Assembly (NCBI GenBank): GCA_030141605.1
Contig: JAQGDQ010000179.1
Location: 1-64,000, forward strand
From: Tubiluchus corallicola
Taxonomy: Eukaryota; Animalia; Priapulida
Length of the DNA: 64,000 nucleotides
Direction: 5' to 3'
Shown one piece after another: positions 51,471 through 64,000 of the stretch (its first letter is position 1; the number at the start of each line of letters is the position of its first letter). The position numbers and the translations under genes are program-made. The notes under the pieces are model-generated. The model saw only the letters and a program-made list of their open reading frames with translations. It made no database searches and had not been told where the DNA came from.

Positions 51471-54400
51471 TTAGGTAGCATGTTATAGTTTTATTCTATC
51501 ACGGCTCTGGCGGCCCAAGAAATTACATTGTAGTTCCATTTAAATTGAGTTATGATTGAAGAATATTTGACATATGCACGAATCTCCGACTATCACAGTT
51601 TGTTCATTTGCGTAGATAATGTGCATATAGCCTTAGAAATAGACGTCTGTTCTTAAATAACATGTGTTGTTTATATTATGAATTCTGATGTACTATATAA
51701 ATCGAAAATCTTCAAATTGATGAATGAACTTTTATCTCCAAATTTCCAGTTTATGACAGTTTTTTATGGTCATTTTAGTAAATCTGTAATTATTTTTATC
51801 ATGTCAGTTTTATCTGTAATTATATTGTAATTGTAATTGTATATGGGCATTTTTGCCTGGAATAAAAAGTATAATAATAAAATCTCAAGCGCGTTTTTCC
51901 TGAATATCGTTGATTAATTGGATTATTCATTTTAAAAATAGCTAATCAGCAATTAACTAGAGATGAATGGGTTAATTATGTCAGTTTGTCACTAGTGATC
52001 TATAAAATGAGAAATTGAGTAAGATAAATGCGACGAAACATTTTTAATCGTGTTGAATAATATTAGTATAGTGCCCGAGGGTCAAATATTTCTTGACAGG
52101 CTAATTACAATTTATACTCACCACTGTATCATTACTCGGGCACAGCTAAAGGCCTGTATAAATCTGGGAGTTTTGTTCTAGCCTTGGTTGCAAGGTTTTT
52201 GCTTGCTGAGGCGAGTTTAATTGCATTTCTTAGTTATTGAGTTTATGGGTGCGAACGTGACGCGAATCTAGTCCAGAAAGAAAGAGATGAAATATCCATT
52301 AATGAGTTTTATCACCTGGCACAAGCCGTCGATGATCTGGATCAGAAATTGACCAGAGGAATTAGTTTTATCGCGATGTTTATAGATACGTGACGGGAAT
52401 GGAGGCTTTGATGGACTGTAGTATGAAAAAAAACATGTAGATGTAACGATTTGTTCAGTTTAACGAGTAACTTAGAATGGGTAATTTGACTTGGTAGGCT
52501 CTAGGTATTTAAATAAGTAGATAAGGAATCACGTAGCAAGTAAATAGGTAAAATAGATATTAAAATAACTTTCAAAGATTTGTGCTGCTGACGTATGTTA
52601 TAAAGTAGTCGGCGAAGACAAATAAAGGATTAAATTTGACTGACAAGATTGCTGGCTTGCTTCCAAATTTGCACGCTTTATTTACTATTAATTTTCTAGA
52701 TGGTGAAAATTTTTATGTACAGTTCCTTTAAATCTGGTCGAGACGTTCAAAACTACAAATTAGAAAATTTAAAAATTACAAGAACGAGCTAAAAAATTCT
52801 GTTTTCAGCTGAATTCGCTCTGATCACAGTACATTTCTTGAATTTGAGAATGGTTCATGCATAAACAGTTTACATAGAATAAATGTACTGAAAGAAATTC
52901 ATAAAACAGTGAATGTGAATTATTTAAAACTTACAAATGTTAGCAACAAGCTTAGTTTATTTATTAATATCGCCAGAGACCGGTAATGTTTTATAATTAA
53001 ACGAAAGCAAGACGTTCCGTTATTTCTAGGTATATTCTGGCTATTCATTAATGATGATTTCCGTTAATGAGTTTTACTGTACATATGTATTTTACGAAAA
53101 GGAGCTAAGTTAGCAAAGCTTCATCCACAGTATGAAGCAAAGTCGTAAAACGGTCGCAAATGGTTGAGCGAATAGCAGAAGTCAGAAAAACGATCGAAAG
53201 ACGCACAAGCCTCGTTTCTTTCTGTAAAGACCATTTTGAGGGCGAAAACTTGCGGAGTCAGAGTGGCTTATAGCGGTTGATCTCTGTCCCATAATAATGC
53301 AGAATGATTAGTTCAATCACACTTTAAACTTTTGATCTTTATTCACTGTCGAAGTTTATAGCGTTTGGACAACTAAAGGGCGTTTTTACAACCTTCTTGT
53401 TGAAAAGTTTGGCCGTTCTCTGCAGGCCTGAGCCGCGTGTTACATTATAACATACAAGAGCACAATTGTACATGCAAAGGTGACACAATTTGATGCAAAG
53501 AAACCGCCGCTACTGTATGGGTGATTCCAAGCTATAATAGGCAGTGGTCATAAGTAGTCATATTAGGACAATAGCTTCAACATCTTTACCAAATCCTGTG
53601 TCAGAAAAGTTAACAATACGCGAAAAACGTAAAAATTAAGATACTAGCTCTGTGATAGTATAAATGTGCCAACACTACCCCTTCTTGAGTATGCCACTGG
53701 GGAGGGGGCACAACATGGGAGTTAACACTGCTCCGATGGCACACTGATACACTTGTGATTTATGCTGCTTAGAGAATGAAAAAAGCAGCTGCCTTTTAAA
53801 CCCTGAAGAAGTTACATCGCTTTCCAGAAGAGTACTCCTAAGAGAAAATCGATACTCATAATACCTAACTGAAATTCGTGACGTCTCTAATCTAGTTAGC
53901 TTCAAAAAAATTACTTGAAAACATCTGATCGAAAAATCCATAAAAAAGTTGTGTATAAGAAATTTGTTCTATGTTTATGTGATTTTTATCGACCTGTATC
54001 GATATATAATTGTTACTTTCTTTTACCTCTACTCCATTTACGCCAGTTTTAAGTACAGTTTTTAATACCTGGTGTTTCAATTTAATTCAGTTTTATTCTA
54101 AAAAAACAACTTGTAAACAAGTAATTTATATTTATGTTGTGCTTATGTAATTTTTTAATTAAATAGGTATTATATGCTAATATAATTATAATCATTTTGC
54201 ACGTAAAGAGTATAGGACCGTAGGATATAGGTGTAGCATTACAATCGCCTTGTAATTGTACAGGATGTTCTAAAAGCAAAAGAACGGTAGAAATATGCTG
54301 ACCAAGTCATAACGAGTTGTGTCAAGTCACATAGTAGGAGGTTATACTACAAGTCTGGAGGAAAAATGTGACGTTAACAGTGATTATTTGACTTTGTGTG

Positions 54401-57325
54401 GTGTAGTACGGCAATTCTTACAGCATCTACATTTAGTGCCCTGTTTGTTTTGAAACACTCTGTATTTACGACACTTGTAGTTAATCATTTTTGTTTTAAT
54501 TTATTTAGCCATTCGTTTCTTATACCGGTCATTAGTTGTGCTACGTACCTGCACAGAAGTGCTATTCAAGCAAAAGAGCTACTTTTAATAAGTTTAGAAA
54601 ACGAAAAAAAAACTGCCGAATACGGGAATAGCCGAACACTAAAGTAAAGGAATAGCCGACTGGTCATAGCGTGTGCTTGGCGCCAAAGTTAAAATGATGC
54701 CGAATCAGATCAAGGGATGATGGACAATCCACTGGTCGATATTCTCTCTGGGACGCTGCATTCACACGTACTAACTCTACTGAAGTTACTTCTGCTAGTT
54801 CAGTTCCCATCACAGAGACATAACCTAATGAGCTAGTTTCCAGTCCCACCGCAACCATACATTGAGTAGACTCTGCTGTTGAACGATGGCTTCTGGTTTG
54901 CCATGTTCTGAATTGTATAAAAAAATTGATACCTTTGGAGAAATGTGACAGTAAGAAGAATTGTTAGCAAAATCATTTCAACGTTTGAGCCAAATCGACG
55001 AACGTTTTGCTATCAGAAACTTAGGACGCTTATATAAATCCCAAAAGCCAAAGCAAGAAGAATTTATGCGTACGTCTCAATTACTGCAGGACCAATGATC
55101 CTTGCCATAAGTAAGTCCCTCCAATATCTACGATAATTTTATGCTGTCATAATGTTACACTGTAATTCAAAATCCGATACCCGTTTTGAACATTCTTGAA
55201 CGACAACGCTCAATTTGCAAAATTAGGCCAGTCAACTGTCAAAAGATAAACTGGAACATTTACACACAAACAAGTGCATATTGTCACCCTCCAGTCAAAT
55301 AATTATGTGTGCGGTGACTGTGGTTAGTTAAAGACATTGTCCCCTACCGTCAAAATTTGCAATCACTAGTTTGTCGAATTCTATCATTTATTAAAATCAA
55401 ATGACAAAGCGGCATACATTCATTTATAATGGGTCTAAGTTAGTATTTCACAAACTTTGGCAGAGCAAATGCATACATTCTCTAAGAAAATAATGTTATA
55501 TAATTATTAAAATTATCTATGCAGCGAAAGACATTTGCGTGTCATAAAGCATGATTATACACATAATCATTCAATAACAACGATAATTACAATATTTTAA
55601 ACCAATGATGTAAAAAGTTGTAAAATGACTACAAAATTTAAATACTAAAATCTCATTTCTACACAACGTTGATTTTGCTACAATCGATTATCGTAATAAT
55701 GCATGTATATTTACTATTAGCTGTAACTAAAAACTAAACGGAAACTGTATATCATATTTGGTACATAAAAATCTATGTAAATACTACAACTCTAATACTG
55801 TACTGTTAAAGCTTAATTATAATTGTAAACTTACACACTTATGCTGCACTATTTTTTTTAGTTTACAGCAATATAAAAAATGCTAAATAAGCAAAAATAA
55901 ATGTAGAAAGAGATTTACCAATAGACCATTTTAACAGTCAAAAAGGGTCAGTTAATACATGAGATAAAACTTTATGACATAGTACATGGGCATGAACTCC
56001 TACTGGCTGCATGAGTACAAAATTATGAGAAACAATTCAGTGCATAATAAATTGTGCATAAGACATGTATGCGTTCATCCAATTTACATTGCATAATAGT
56101 TTCACTAATAGATAAGACAAAATCACTGATATCGAATCAAGTCTAGGTATCTATAATATTATATGCAAACAAATTGTCATATGGTGTTAAAAAAGCACCA
56201 ATAATATCATGGATACTTACCAAAGTGATAGAGATGAATGGATACTATAGCATTTTGTGTACAAGATCTGAGCATGTAGTAAACATTCATTTACTGTACA
56301 TAACATATGACATAATGTTAATGTACTAACTGGTCTACAAATTACTTCAAGCAAAAGAAGAATATTTTTCACATTCTACCCCTATTTATGATAATAAAAT
56401 AATAGGTTAAAACTTTAATTAAAGCCCAACTATTGACACATAATTTGCAACACCACAAATATTCCACGAACATGTTTCATATGTTCGCAAAAGTAAAAAT
56501 TGAAATACAGTGCTACTGCACAACATTCATGTGTGATATACAAAAACCCTGGAAATCTCAAGTTTAAAATTCAAAGTTCAAGTTCACTGCTGATCTCACA
56601 TGAGTTCTCAAATGCGTGTATACGTCACTACAGAACATTTCTAAACTGAGAGGTACAACATCTGTTTTTTATGCAACTCATTTCCCACACGAAGGCACTA
56701 GTGCCCGTCTAACAAGCGAAGGGCGAAATGTACGTAACAGTTAAAAAGATGCAAATGCAAAATTACGGTTTTGAGGTAATAATTCTTTCAAGTGAGTCAT
56801 TTTAAAAAACAGTATGTTCCATTTGAATACTTATAATGTTGAGGTGCTTATAACACTAAAATCAAACGGATGACTTCAATGACAAAAAGAAAACATCATA
56901 AATTTTGCAGTAAACAGATAAATCCACCACTGCAAAATCTGCTAACTATGAAAAAACTACAGAAACCCAACAGTGAAGTATTAACGAAATTAAGATTCTC
57001 ATTACTTGGCAGCTACAAAAACTTACAATTCATGTCTCGTCAAAACCAACGATTACAATATCACATACTACACTGACTTACTATTACTAATAGTATAAAT
57101 ATAAATGTTGCAGTTGCAGCTATGGAGATGCAAATGGCTATATCTACAACTAAGAAACAATCCTCACTACGAAACAGCATTATAAATTAATCACTACAGT
57201 ATCATAATGGCAGTATAGCATATTTATCACAAAATATTTTAATGCAAATATTATTTGGTTTGATAGCACCATGATTCTTTGTAAAAACATGAAAAATAGC
57301 AAAGACACCAGACCATAGATTACCA

Positions 57326-60300
57326 TCACTCGTCTTCTGTCAAGCCACAAGGACGATTGAATTCTTGACCCAGCTCATGAATCCATTTATTGCACACTAA
57401 ATTGGGAGAAACAAAATCAATAATTAGTCAACTAAGTAGTTGCACTTCAATGCAATGCAATATCTAGAGTTTAGTCTTGTGTGCACATGAAAATTTAACA
57501 TGTGAAACAAATTTGCAATTCCGTAAAAGAGAGAATAATAAATAAATCAATTATGACATTTACTTTCAGTACATGATTTCAGTGCTGAGTGAAGGTGCAT
57601 AGAAGAGCTTTAAAGTAAATACTTGCTTACAGTAAGCTAGATTTTGTACTAATTCCAAGAATGCTTTCAAAGATACAATAATTAGGTTTTTGACAAGATT
57701 TTCGGCAGAAAATTTACTGTGAAATATAAAATTAATGCGTGTTGCAAATGCTTGCAATAATTTTTTGAGGATGCGCTGACGCAAAAATTTCCCGGAGTAT
57801 AAATTACACTAGTAATAAAGGCACTGGAAATTGCAGATTTTAGTATATGATGCTAAATACAGACAATATCATTAACATGGCGTATTGCTTGACAATGTTC
57901 TTACTACAGTGGAGCCCTACTAAACAACAACACTTACCAATAATCATAAAACAAAGCTCTTTTTAAAATATTTGGCATCCATCTTAAAAATATGGATTAA
58001 TAGTGGGTGGCTTATTCTATATCCAAAAATTCAGTAGATGGCTTCTAACATCAAAATATCAGCTAAATTATTATTTATGTGTATACTTCTTTGTTATTAA
58101 TGTAACTAGTCATTGGGGTTTTTGGGGTGTTGATGTTGATCGTGGGGAGGGCACATTTTTGCTATTTTTGTTAGGGCTTTTTCCTTCCCTTCTATCTGCC
58201 ATTTTTAGGTGCGCCATATTGCCTACATAACACTGACGATGAAATATCAAACCAGGATCTGTATAATAAAGTCAAGGCAGAGGAATGGATCATTAAAATC
58301 AAAAGGAGAACATTAAGATGGATAGGACATGTTATATGACTACCAGATGACAGTCCATTAAAATTAGCTTTCAAAGAAGCACTGCAGAAAGAAAACAAAC
58401 TGCAAACTGTTGACTTACATCAATTTCATCCAAAAAGATCTTATCAACACACCATTAGATATAAAAAATACAGAGACATGGGAGGTTGTGGGTGACAAGG
58501 CAACATGGAATAAAGTGATTGAGAGGGTCATGTCAGACAACGTGTGACTCCAGAGATGATGATGATGAAACCCAGAATGGATTTCAAAATACGTGCTTTT
58601 CATTTTTTGCACGAAAGAATAAAGTTTGCAATCCATGAATACGCCTATGATTTTTGTAAGCTTTGAAGATCTATTTGCAAAATTTTAACTCACACATTTT
58701 TTCTGGCTTACAGTAAATCATAATAATGAATAGCAGCAAATGTGAGAATTTGGCAATTCACATGCAATCTTTTACACATTTACGAGATACATCAGCACCG
58801 CAGTATTACAGAATAACTTGGGTAATAAAAAAGTGAATTCGGTTAAAACATCTTACCCCATTTCGAACCAGCAAGAACAGGACAAGCAGCATGCCGGGTT
58901 TGATAATCTCCTTTCCCGGATTTCTTCAAGTTAAACCAAAATGCTGCTGCACCCTGCAAACATTTAGCAAATAATACAGTGAAATTCACTAATGAGCAAG
59001 TATTAAACTGATGTCTCACATAGTGCATACATCCACCATCGTCCTCTAATGTCCTGCAAAAAATTATATTTCTTTGTCTTGCCTAGAACAAGAGCTTGAC
59101 TGTATAGTACAAAAACAAGAAATGGTAGCACAAGCTGAAATATATTCATGCTACATCTTTGACTTTTACAGACTTATCCTAACCCATATAATGTCTGCAT
59201 AGTACATACAAATAATTTACGTCACACTTATTCGTGTGCCTATACATGTATTTAGCATCTATACGCTTATGGATTCACAACTTCAAAGTAACTGTTAAAA
59301 AACGGAAAACAAATTTAGCGTGATCTTCATTAAACTTAAAGAACTTGGCTGAGCAAACACATGAATCATAATATGATTACGCTATTCTGCGCGACATTAG
59401 CAAATTAATGGGGTCAAAATTTTTAAAAACAGTATAGGTTAAAAAAGATTTACCTTGCTCGGAACTAGCCGTGCACCTATTCTAGGAAACACTGTACATC
59501 CTCCAGCTTCAACATCTGTCATCTACATTAGAAGACAAGAACTATATCAAGACACTGAATTTAAGGAGACAACAAACACAAAATACGTGTGAAGCATATG
59601 AAAAATGAATGATGGGCACAAACCAACCGAAACTTGCTGTATCAGTAACAAAACAAACAAGAAGACAAGTCAAATTCTTTTACTCCCTCATTTCCTCCTA
59701 GAAATTCATTTTCAGTTGTAAGTGTCGCATCTACATCAAATTAGTGCATATTATAAATAAACCATTTTTACAGAATAAAACAGACATTCAATAATACTAC
59801 CTCTGGCAAGGAGATTATGTTTCCATTGTCGTTGGTTTATTAATTTGTTTGTTTGTAGAACATTATGAAGGGATGGGGTTTTGGACGAAGAAGAACAAGT
59901 TCAATTTGGGCAATGACTAAATAAAAATTGTGAACAAAAAATAATATTTCTTGATTAACTAGAGGCTCACTTGGGAAAAATTATTTGTGATCTCATGAAA
60001 AAGCACAGCGGAAAAACTGCCGAATAGCTGTGTAATTTAGTAAATCACACCACTGCACGGCAGACCTTAACAGAGGTACGCTCTCTTAGAAAGTGCTTTC
60101 TAAATCTGAAATCAAAAAATTGTTCTTTCAGGCAAGTAAAAGTATACTTACATAAAATAAGATGGTAGCAATTCTGTTGCCAGTGCCTAAATCTTTGAAA
60201 GCATTGATTTCATCCTCCTAAGAACAAACATCACTATAATATGTTATAAATAAAATTTAACAAAAAATATCAAATGTCAGAGTTTCATACATTTCTTACA

Positions 60301-63300
60301 GCTTTTGCCTGTTATAAATCATTTGTTAAGTTGTCTTGAAGCTGTGACTTGACTGAGTGTATGTGCAGATATCATACCCTGGCGAAGTCAAAATGGGGTT
60401 CGTAGTGACCACCGATGCCATAATTTGCTATTTGAAGTTCCTCAGCGGTTGACATCTCTAAGCCAGTAAGATCTGCTATCCTGGCGTTGATTTTCTTCAT
60501 TAGTGGATCTGCAGCTTCATTCAGCCAGGCACTGATAAATATAAACATTAAATCTATAAGTGTCCGAAATCATATATTGTTAAGAGTTATTGTTTCACAT
60601 GATTTGTCGCTTTAGTACGCCCAAAAACCTTAGTAAATACCTTTATAATGACCATTCAATAACAAGAGAAATTTAAAAGATGTATAAAAGAATATAGTTA
60701 ACTTTAAATAATAAGAATGTTTTAAAAAATTATATTTATTTAAATATTACAGTAACAACTGAAAAGTAGTAATGTTTTTTTCACTTTTTCTGAGGGTAAT
60801 TATAAGAAAGCAAATACATCAAGAATGTAAAACCAATTGTATGTGGCACTAATTTGTAGCTTTGCTTAAATCTTAAAATTTTTCCAATTCAGTAAATTTC
60901 TGCAAATAGTTGTGACAGCTTAAGTTTAACAAATGGGAACTGGTGCAAAACAAAACTTTTGAGCAGTAATTTTTTGGACGATGAAGACTAAAGTATAACA
61001 GACATGTCAAAAAATGCCACATCGTGTCAAAAGAACATACAACTGAACATAAAGTACAGACCGTTACTGTGGGCGAGGCAGATATTAGTTACCTTTTAGC
61101 AATGCGATAATGAACCGGTTCATATTGACCCGTGGCATGGTTACGAGCTGTGGAACGATGCAACTAAAAATGAAAATGACAAAATTAGGAAAAATGAGTA
61201 CCTTTTGCTGACGCGATAGGAAGCGGTTTCTAGTTCTCCTGTCACCGAGTTTTGCACTGTTGCCCTTCTCAACTGCAAATGTTAAATGGGGTGCATTGGA
61301 AAATGAAAATGTCAAAGCATTTACACATGTGTATTGCATATACTTAAGCCCGCAAGTGCTATTCAAAAGAGCAAAAAAGTATATATCAAATCAACTTGGT
61401 TGGTTTAATGTCGTAATGCACACTTGATATGATTTGCTTAAATAATCACAAATATTTGTAAAACTAAAAACATTCATTTTTTTGTATAACTGAATGTGCT
61501 GTGCAGCTGTGCCCGCAGATGTCGCTATGCTTGACCGGCTGCAATTAGACTACAAAACACAAAAGACCATTTTAATTCAAAGACCAAAGTTTGTGCCTTT
61601 ATTAAATTCAAGTTCAGAAAAAATCAAAATTTCATGATTTCAAGATTTATTTTATTTAACCAACATCAAAATTCAAACAAATACAGATATCTGTACATTT
61701 CTGTAACAATTAAAGACTAACTTAATTATAATTCCATTAAAGCTATGTGGCTGAGGGGAGCTAAAAATGGCAACACAGCCACATTAGTTAAAGGCCACTT
61801 CTCGAAAAGAAATGGAAAAGGAAAAAGAGAAGGATTGATGAAAAGGAGGAAAGGGAAGAAAGGCACAAAGAACCAGAGAAGTGTGTCAATGTGAAAACCG
61901 ATACTGTGCCGACAAAGACAACATTCACAATACAATAATAATAATTGTATACTATAACAATACAATAATAATAATAATAATACCTCCATTATCATCGTTA
62001 TCACCATCATCATAATGATAAATTTTAAAGCTGAATTATCCTAAAATTTAATGTGTCAACTCGCATAATGCCATAAAAAATACATACATAACAATTACGT
62101 ATGTGATAAAAATCAGTGTAAGTATTTATAAACAACATTTTGCAATAGCATTTAAATGCTTGGTAGCTGTGAGTTGTAGCCTTATCAGTCACATACTGTG
62201 GTATGCCACTGCCGAGGGAATAAATAGTACGTGTAAGAGATTGTTCTGCAAAAACTGAGTGCAGAGCCGGTGGGGGGAGAGAACCTGTATGTGTATAGCC
62301 AGAATCTGTATATCACGTATGTGAATAGCCACATGAACAAGTACTTACCTTTGGGTAAGCCAACTTTTTAATGCGCTCGATCTCTTTATCATTCATGGCA
62401 TCTCGGAAGTAGATTATTTCCGGATCTAGGTGCACAACTTCTTTTTTTGCTGGTGCCAGGAAGAGGTTGGGTCTGTTGTTGTGCACATTGTAACATTTCA
62501 GGTGCTTTAATTTAGAATGGTCCTGGAAAGAAGATTTAACATATTTATAAACACGGACATTCATACATGACACATTACAATTTATAAACAGCGAAGAGGC
62601 CAGCCACTAAAAAAATTTGTTTACATCTTACCCCATGAGTTCAAAAGATGTCAGTAAGGAGGGAGGAAGTGAAGTTTTTCAAAGCTTTGTTAATGTTTAA
62701 AAATGAATCGTGGAATATTAAAATCAGTTCAAATCAAAATTCTTCCTTTATTTCCCACTGGTTAGCAGTAATGTTTTATATTTCTTCAATGCACATTTTT
62801 TAACGCTTTGTTTTTGTTTGACTTTAGTAAATTATCGTATAGTCTGTTTTTTGTACGGTATGAATGTATGTTCTGATAATTAGTACATAAGTGGCAATGC
62901 TACTTGGCTGTTAGTAAGCTGATTTGACTGAAAATATGATATGATACTGTTTACCCTCCAATAAAATGATCAGTATCATACCAAAGTTAGCACAGAAAAA
63001 CATAGCTGTGTCCTCGCCAAAACAATGATGTTATAATAGTTATTGTATTTTACGTTTTAAATTAGAAAAATATGCTTTTATATGACTGCGTCAGGTAAGT
63101 ATATGAACATATAAAAAAATAAAAAAATTCCCGGCTGGGTGTGCGGTAAAAAATATTATTGGGCGATCAGACAGACACAAGTATTTTTATTGTCAGACAG
63201 AGCTGAATTGATATTCATACACGACACAGTACAATTTACAAATAGTCAAGAACCGAACTGACGATGTTGGCAAATGTGCAGCGCTTCAAAAACTATACAA

Positions 63301-63975
63301 AGCACAACCAACTGCATCAAGACACTAGACTACAGCTTCATTATAGCACAAAATGAAGATTACCTATTAGAATCAGATGAATAAAAATACGGTTTGTATT
63401 AAACTGGTGCTAAAAATGGTACAGAAAGCTTCGTAAAACACAGTTGTGTGAGGAAACAAAGTATATAAAATATAAAAATGATGATCTACAATATTTTAAG
63501 AAGAATCAATATCTTAAGTTATTATAAACTATGCATTAAATGTAGGTTAACAGATAAAATCTTAATTGTAAATTTTTCACTTCAAGAACTAAAATTATTG
63601 AAAAATTTGAATGTGAATTGCAGTATTTGTCTTAAAAACAATTCTTATCAGTTCATTTCAGACACAGCTGGTTCAGCTTTGTAGTGTATAGACCACTTCA
63701 TGTTTTGTTGCATGAGTTGCATTATGCGCTGCATTCGTATATTGACAAATGACTTGAAAAAATGCATTTTACCACTGGTAAAGGCTCTCGACACAATCGC
63801 TCATACGACTGGCGTTCCGGCAGATAATCATTGACTTCCTGTGGACGTGTAATGTCCCGCCCACCAAACTGTGTAGCAGGGTTGCCATCATCACCCTTCT
63901 TGTGTTCACTCTCCATTGTTTTGACATACTGCTCATAATATCTCTTGTTACCTATAGCACGCTGATGATTTGGGA
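57326..63975 (-). CDS. P4HA: Collagen prolyl 4-hydroxylase alpha subunit, 3' part (5' exons beyond the window end)
   Basis: Exons in transcription order: 63975-63773, 62522-62349, [61272-61202 or 61163-61093], 60531-60378, 60217-60152, 59522-59454, 58953-58857, 57396-57326 (TGA). Motifs: YERLCR, LRRATV..YRVSKSAWL, LQIANYGIGGHYEPHFD (HxD), GNRIATILFYMTDVEAGG.TVFP, TRHAACPVLAGSKWVCNKWIHE.GQEF.RPCGL. Confidence 0.97.
58205..58568 (+). mobile_element. 3' fragment of an RTE-like LINE in the last P4HA intron
   Basis: Peptide ISNQDLYNKVK..IKRRTLRWIGHVI*LPDDSPLKLAF..W followed by a (GAT)n tail, typical of RTE ORF C-termini. Confidence 0.75.
59795..60103 (+). mobile_element. Non-autonomous Helentron-type element (HINE/DINE-1-like)
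   Basis: Sub-terminal inverted repeats ACCTCTGGCAAGG ... CCTTAACAGAGGT, a 5' GTTT microsatellite and a 3' palindrome AGAAAG..CTTTCT. Confidence 0.6.
61093..61163 (-). CDS. P4HA: P4HA mutually exclusive exon B (LHRSTARNHATGQYEPVHYRIAKS)
   Basis: 71 nt, TAG acceptor with a pyrimidine tract, GTAAC donor, same phases (0/2) as exon A and homologous to it. Confidence 0.88.
61202..61272 (-). CDS. P4HA: P4HA mutually exclusive exon A (LRRATVQNSVTGELETASYRVSKS)
   Basis: 71 nt, CAG acceptor, GTACT donor, in frame with the flanking exons. Confidence 0.92.
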
Positions 63976-64000
63976 CTGCAAAAACAAAAATACATAACGT

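Noticed and set aside
54664-54906. Candidate extra upstream coding exon of the Mieap-like gene
   Set aside because: No convincing splice donor in a compatible phase and no recognisable protein similarity.
59031-59053. Possible 23-nt micro-exon in a P4HA intron
   Set aside because: It would frameshift the catalytic domain, and the flanking exons already join in frame to give the canonical sequence.
60291-60353. Second mutually exclusive exon pair in P4HA (analogous to the alternative exons of vertebrate P4HA2)
   Set aside because: AG/GT-bounded, but it contains in-frame stops and has no similarity to exon 60152-60217.

Overview
AT-rich, intron-containing animal (invertebrate-type) genomic DNA with no prokaryotic features. 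Four spliced protein-coding genes can be assembled by hand from GT-AG boundaries and reading-frame continuity. (1) The 3' part of a PH-domain protein gene (+, 773-8099). (2) A complete NKRF-like gene with XTBD, dsRBD-like, G-patch and R3H domains (+, 14536-29089). (3) A convergent gene with a C-terminal Mieap/SPATA18-type domain (-, 30306-49974). (4) The 3' part of a collagen prolyl 4-hydroxylase alpha subunit gene (-, 57326-63975), which has two 71-nt mutually exclusive exons only 38 nt apart. Introns and intergenic DNA carry many mobile elements: a head-to-tail stack of three non-autonomous Helitrons, a near full-length decayed CR1/L2-group LINE (SGNH-esterase ORF1, then a long hydrophobic segment and a 2A-like NPGP motif ahead of the APE-RT), older LINE fragments, hAT-type MITEs, a Helentron-type HINE, tRNA-derived elements (some palindromic) and long microsatellites. 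All calls come from reading the sequence and recalled family motifs; no searches were run.
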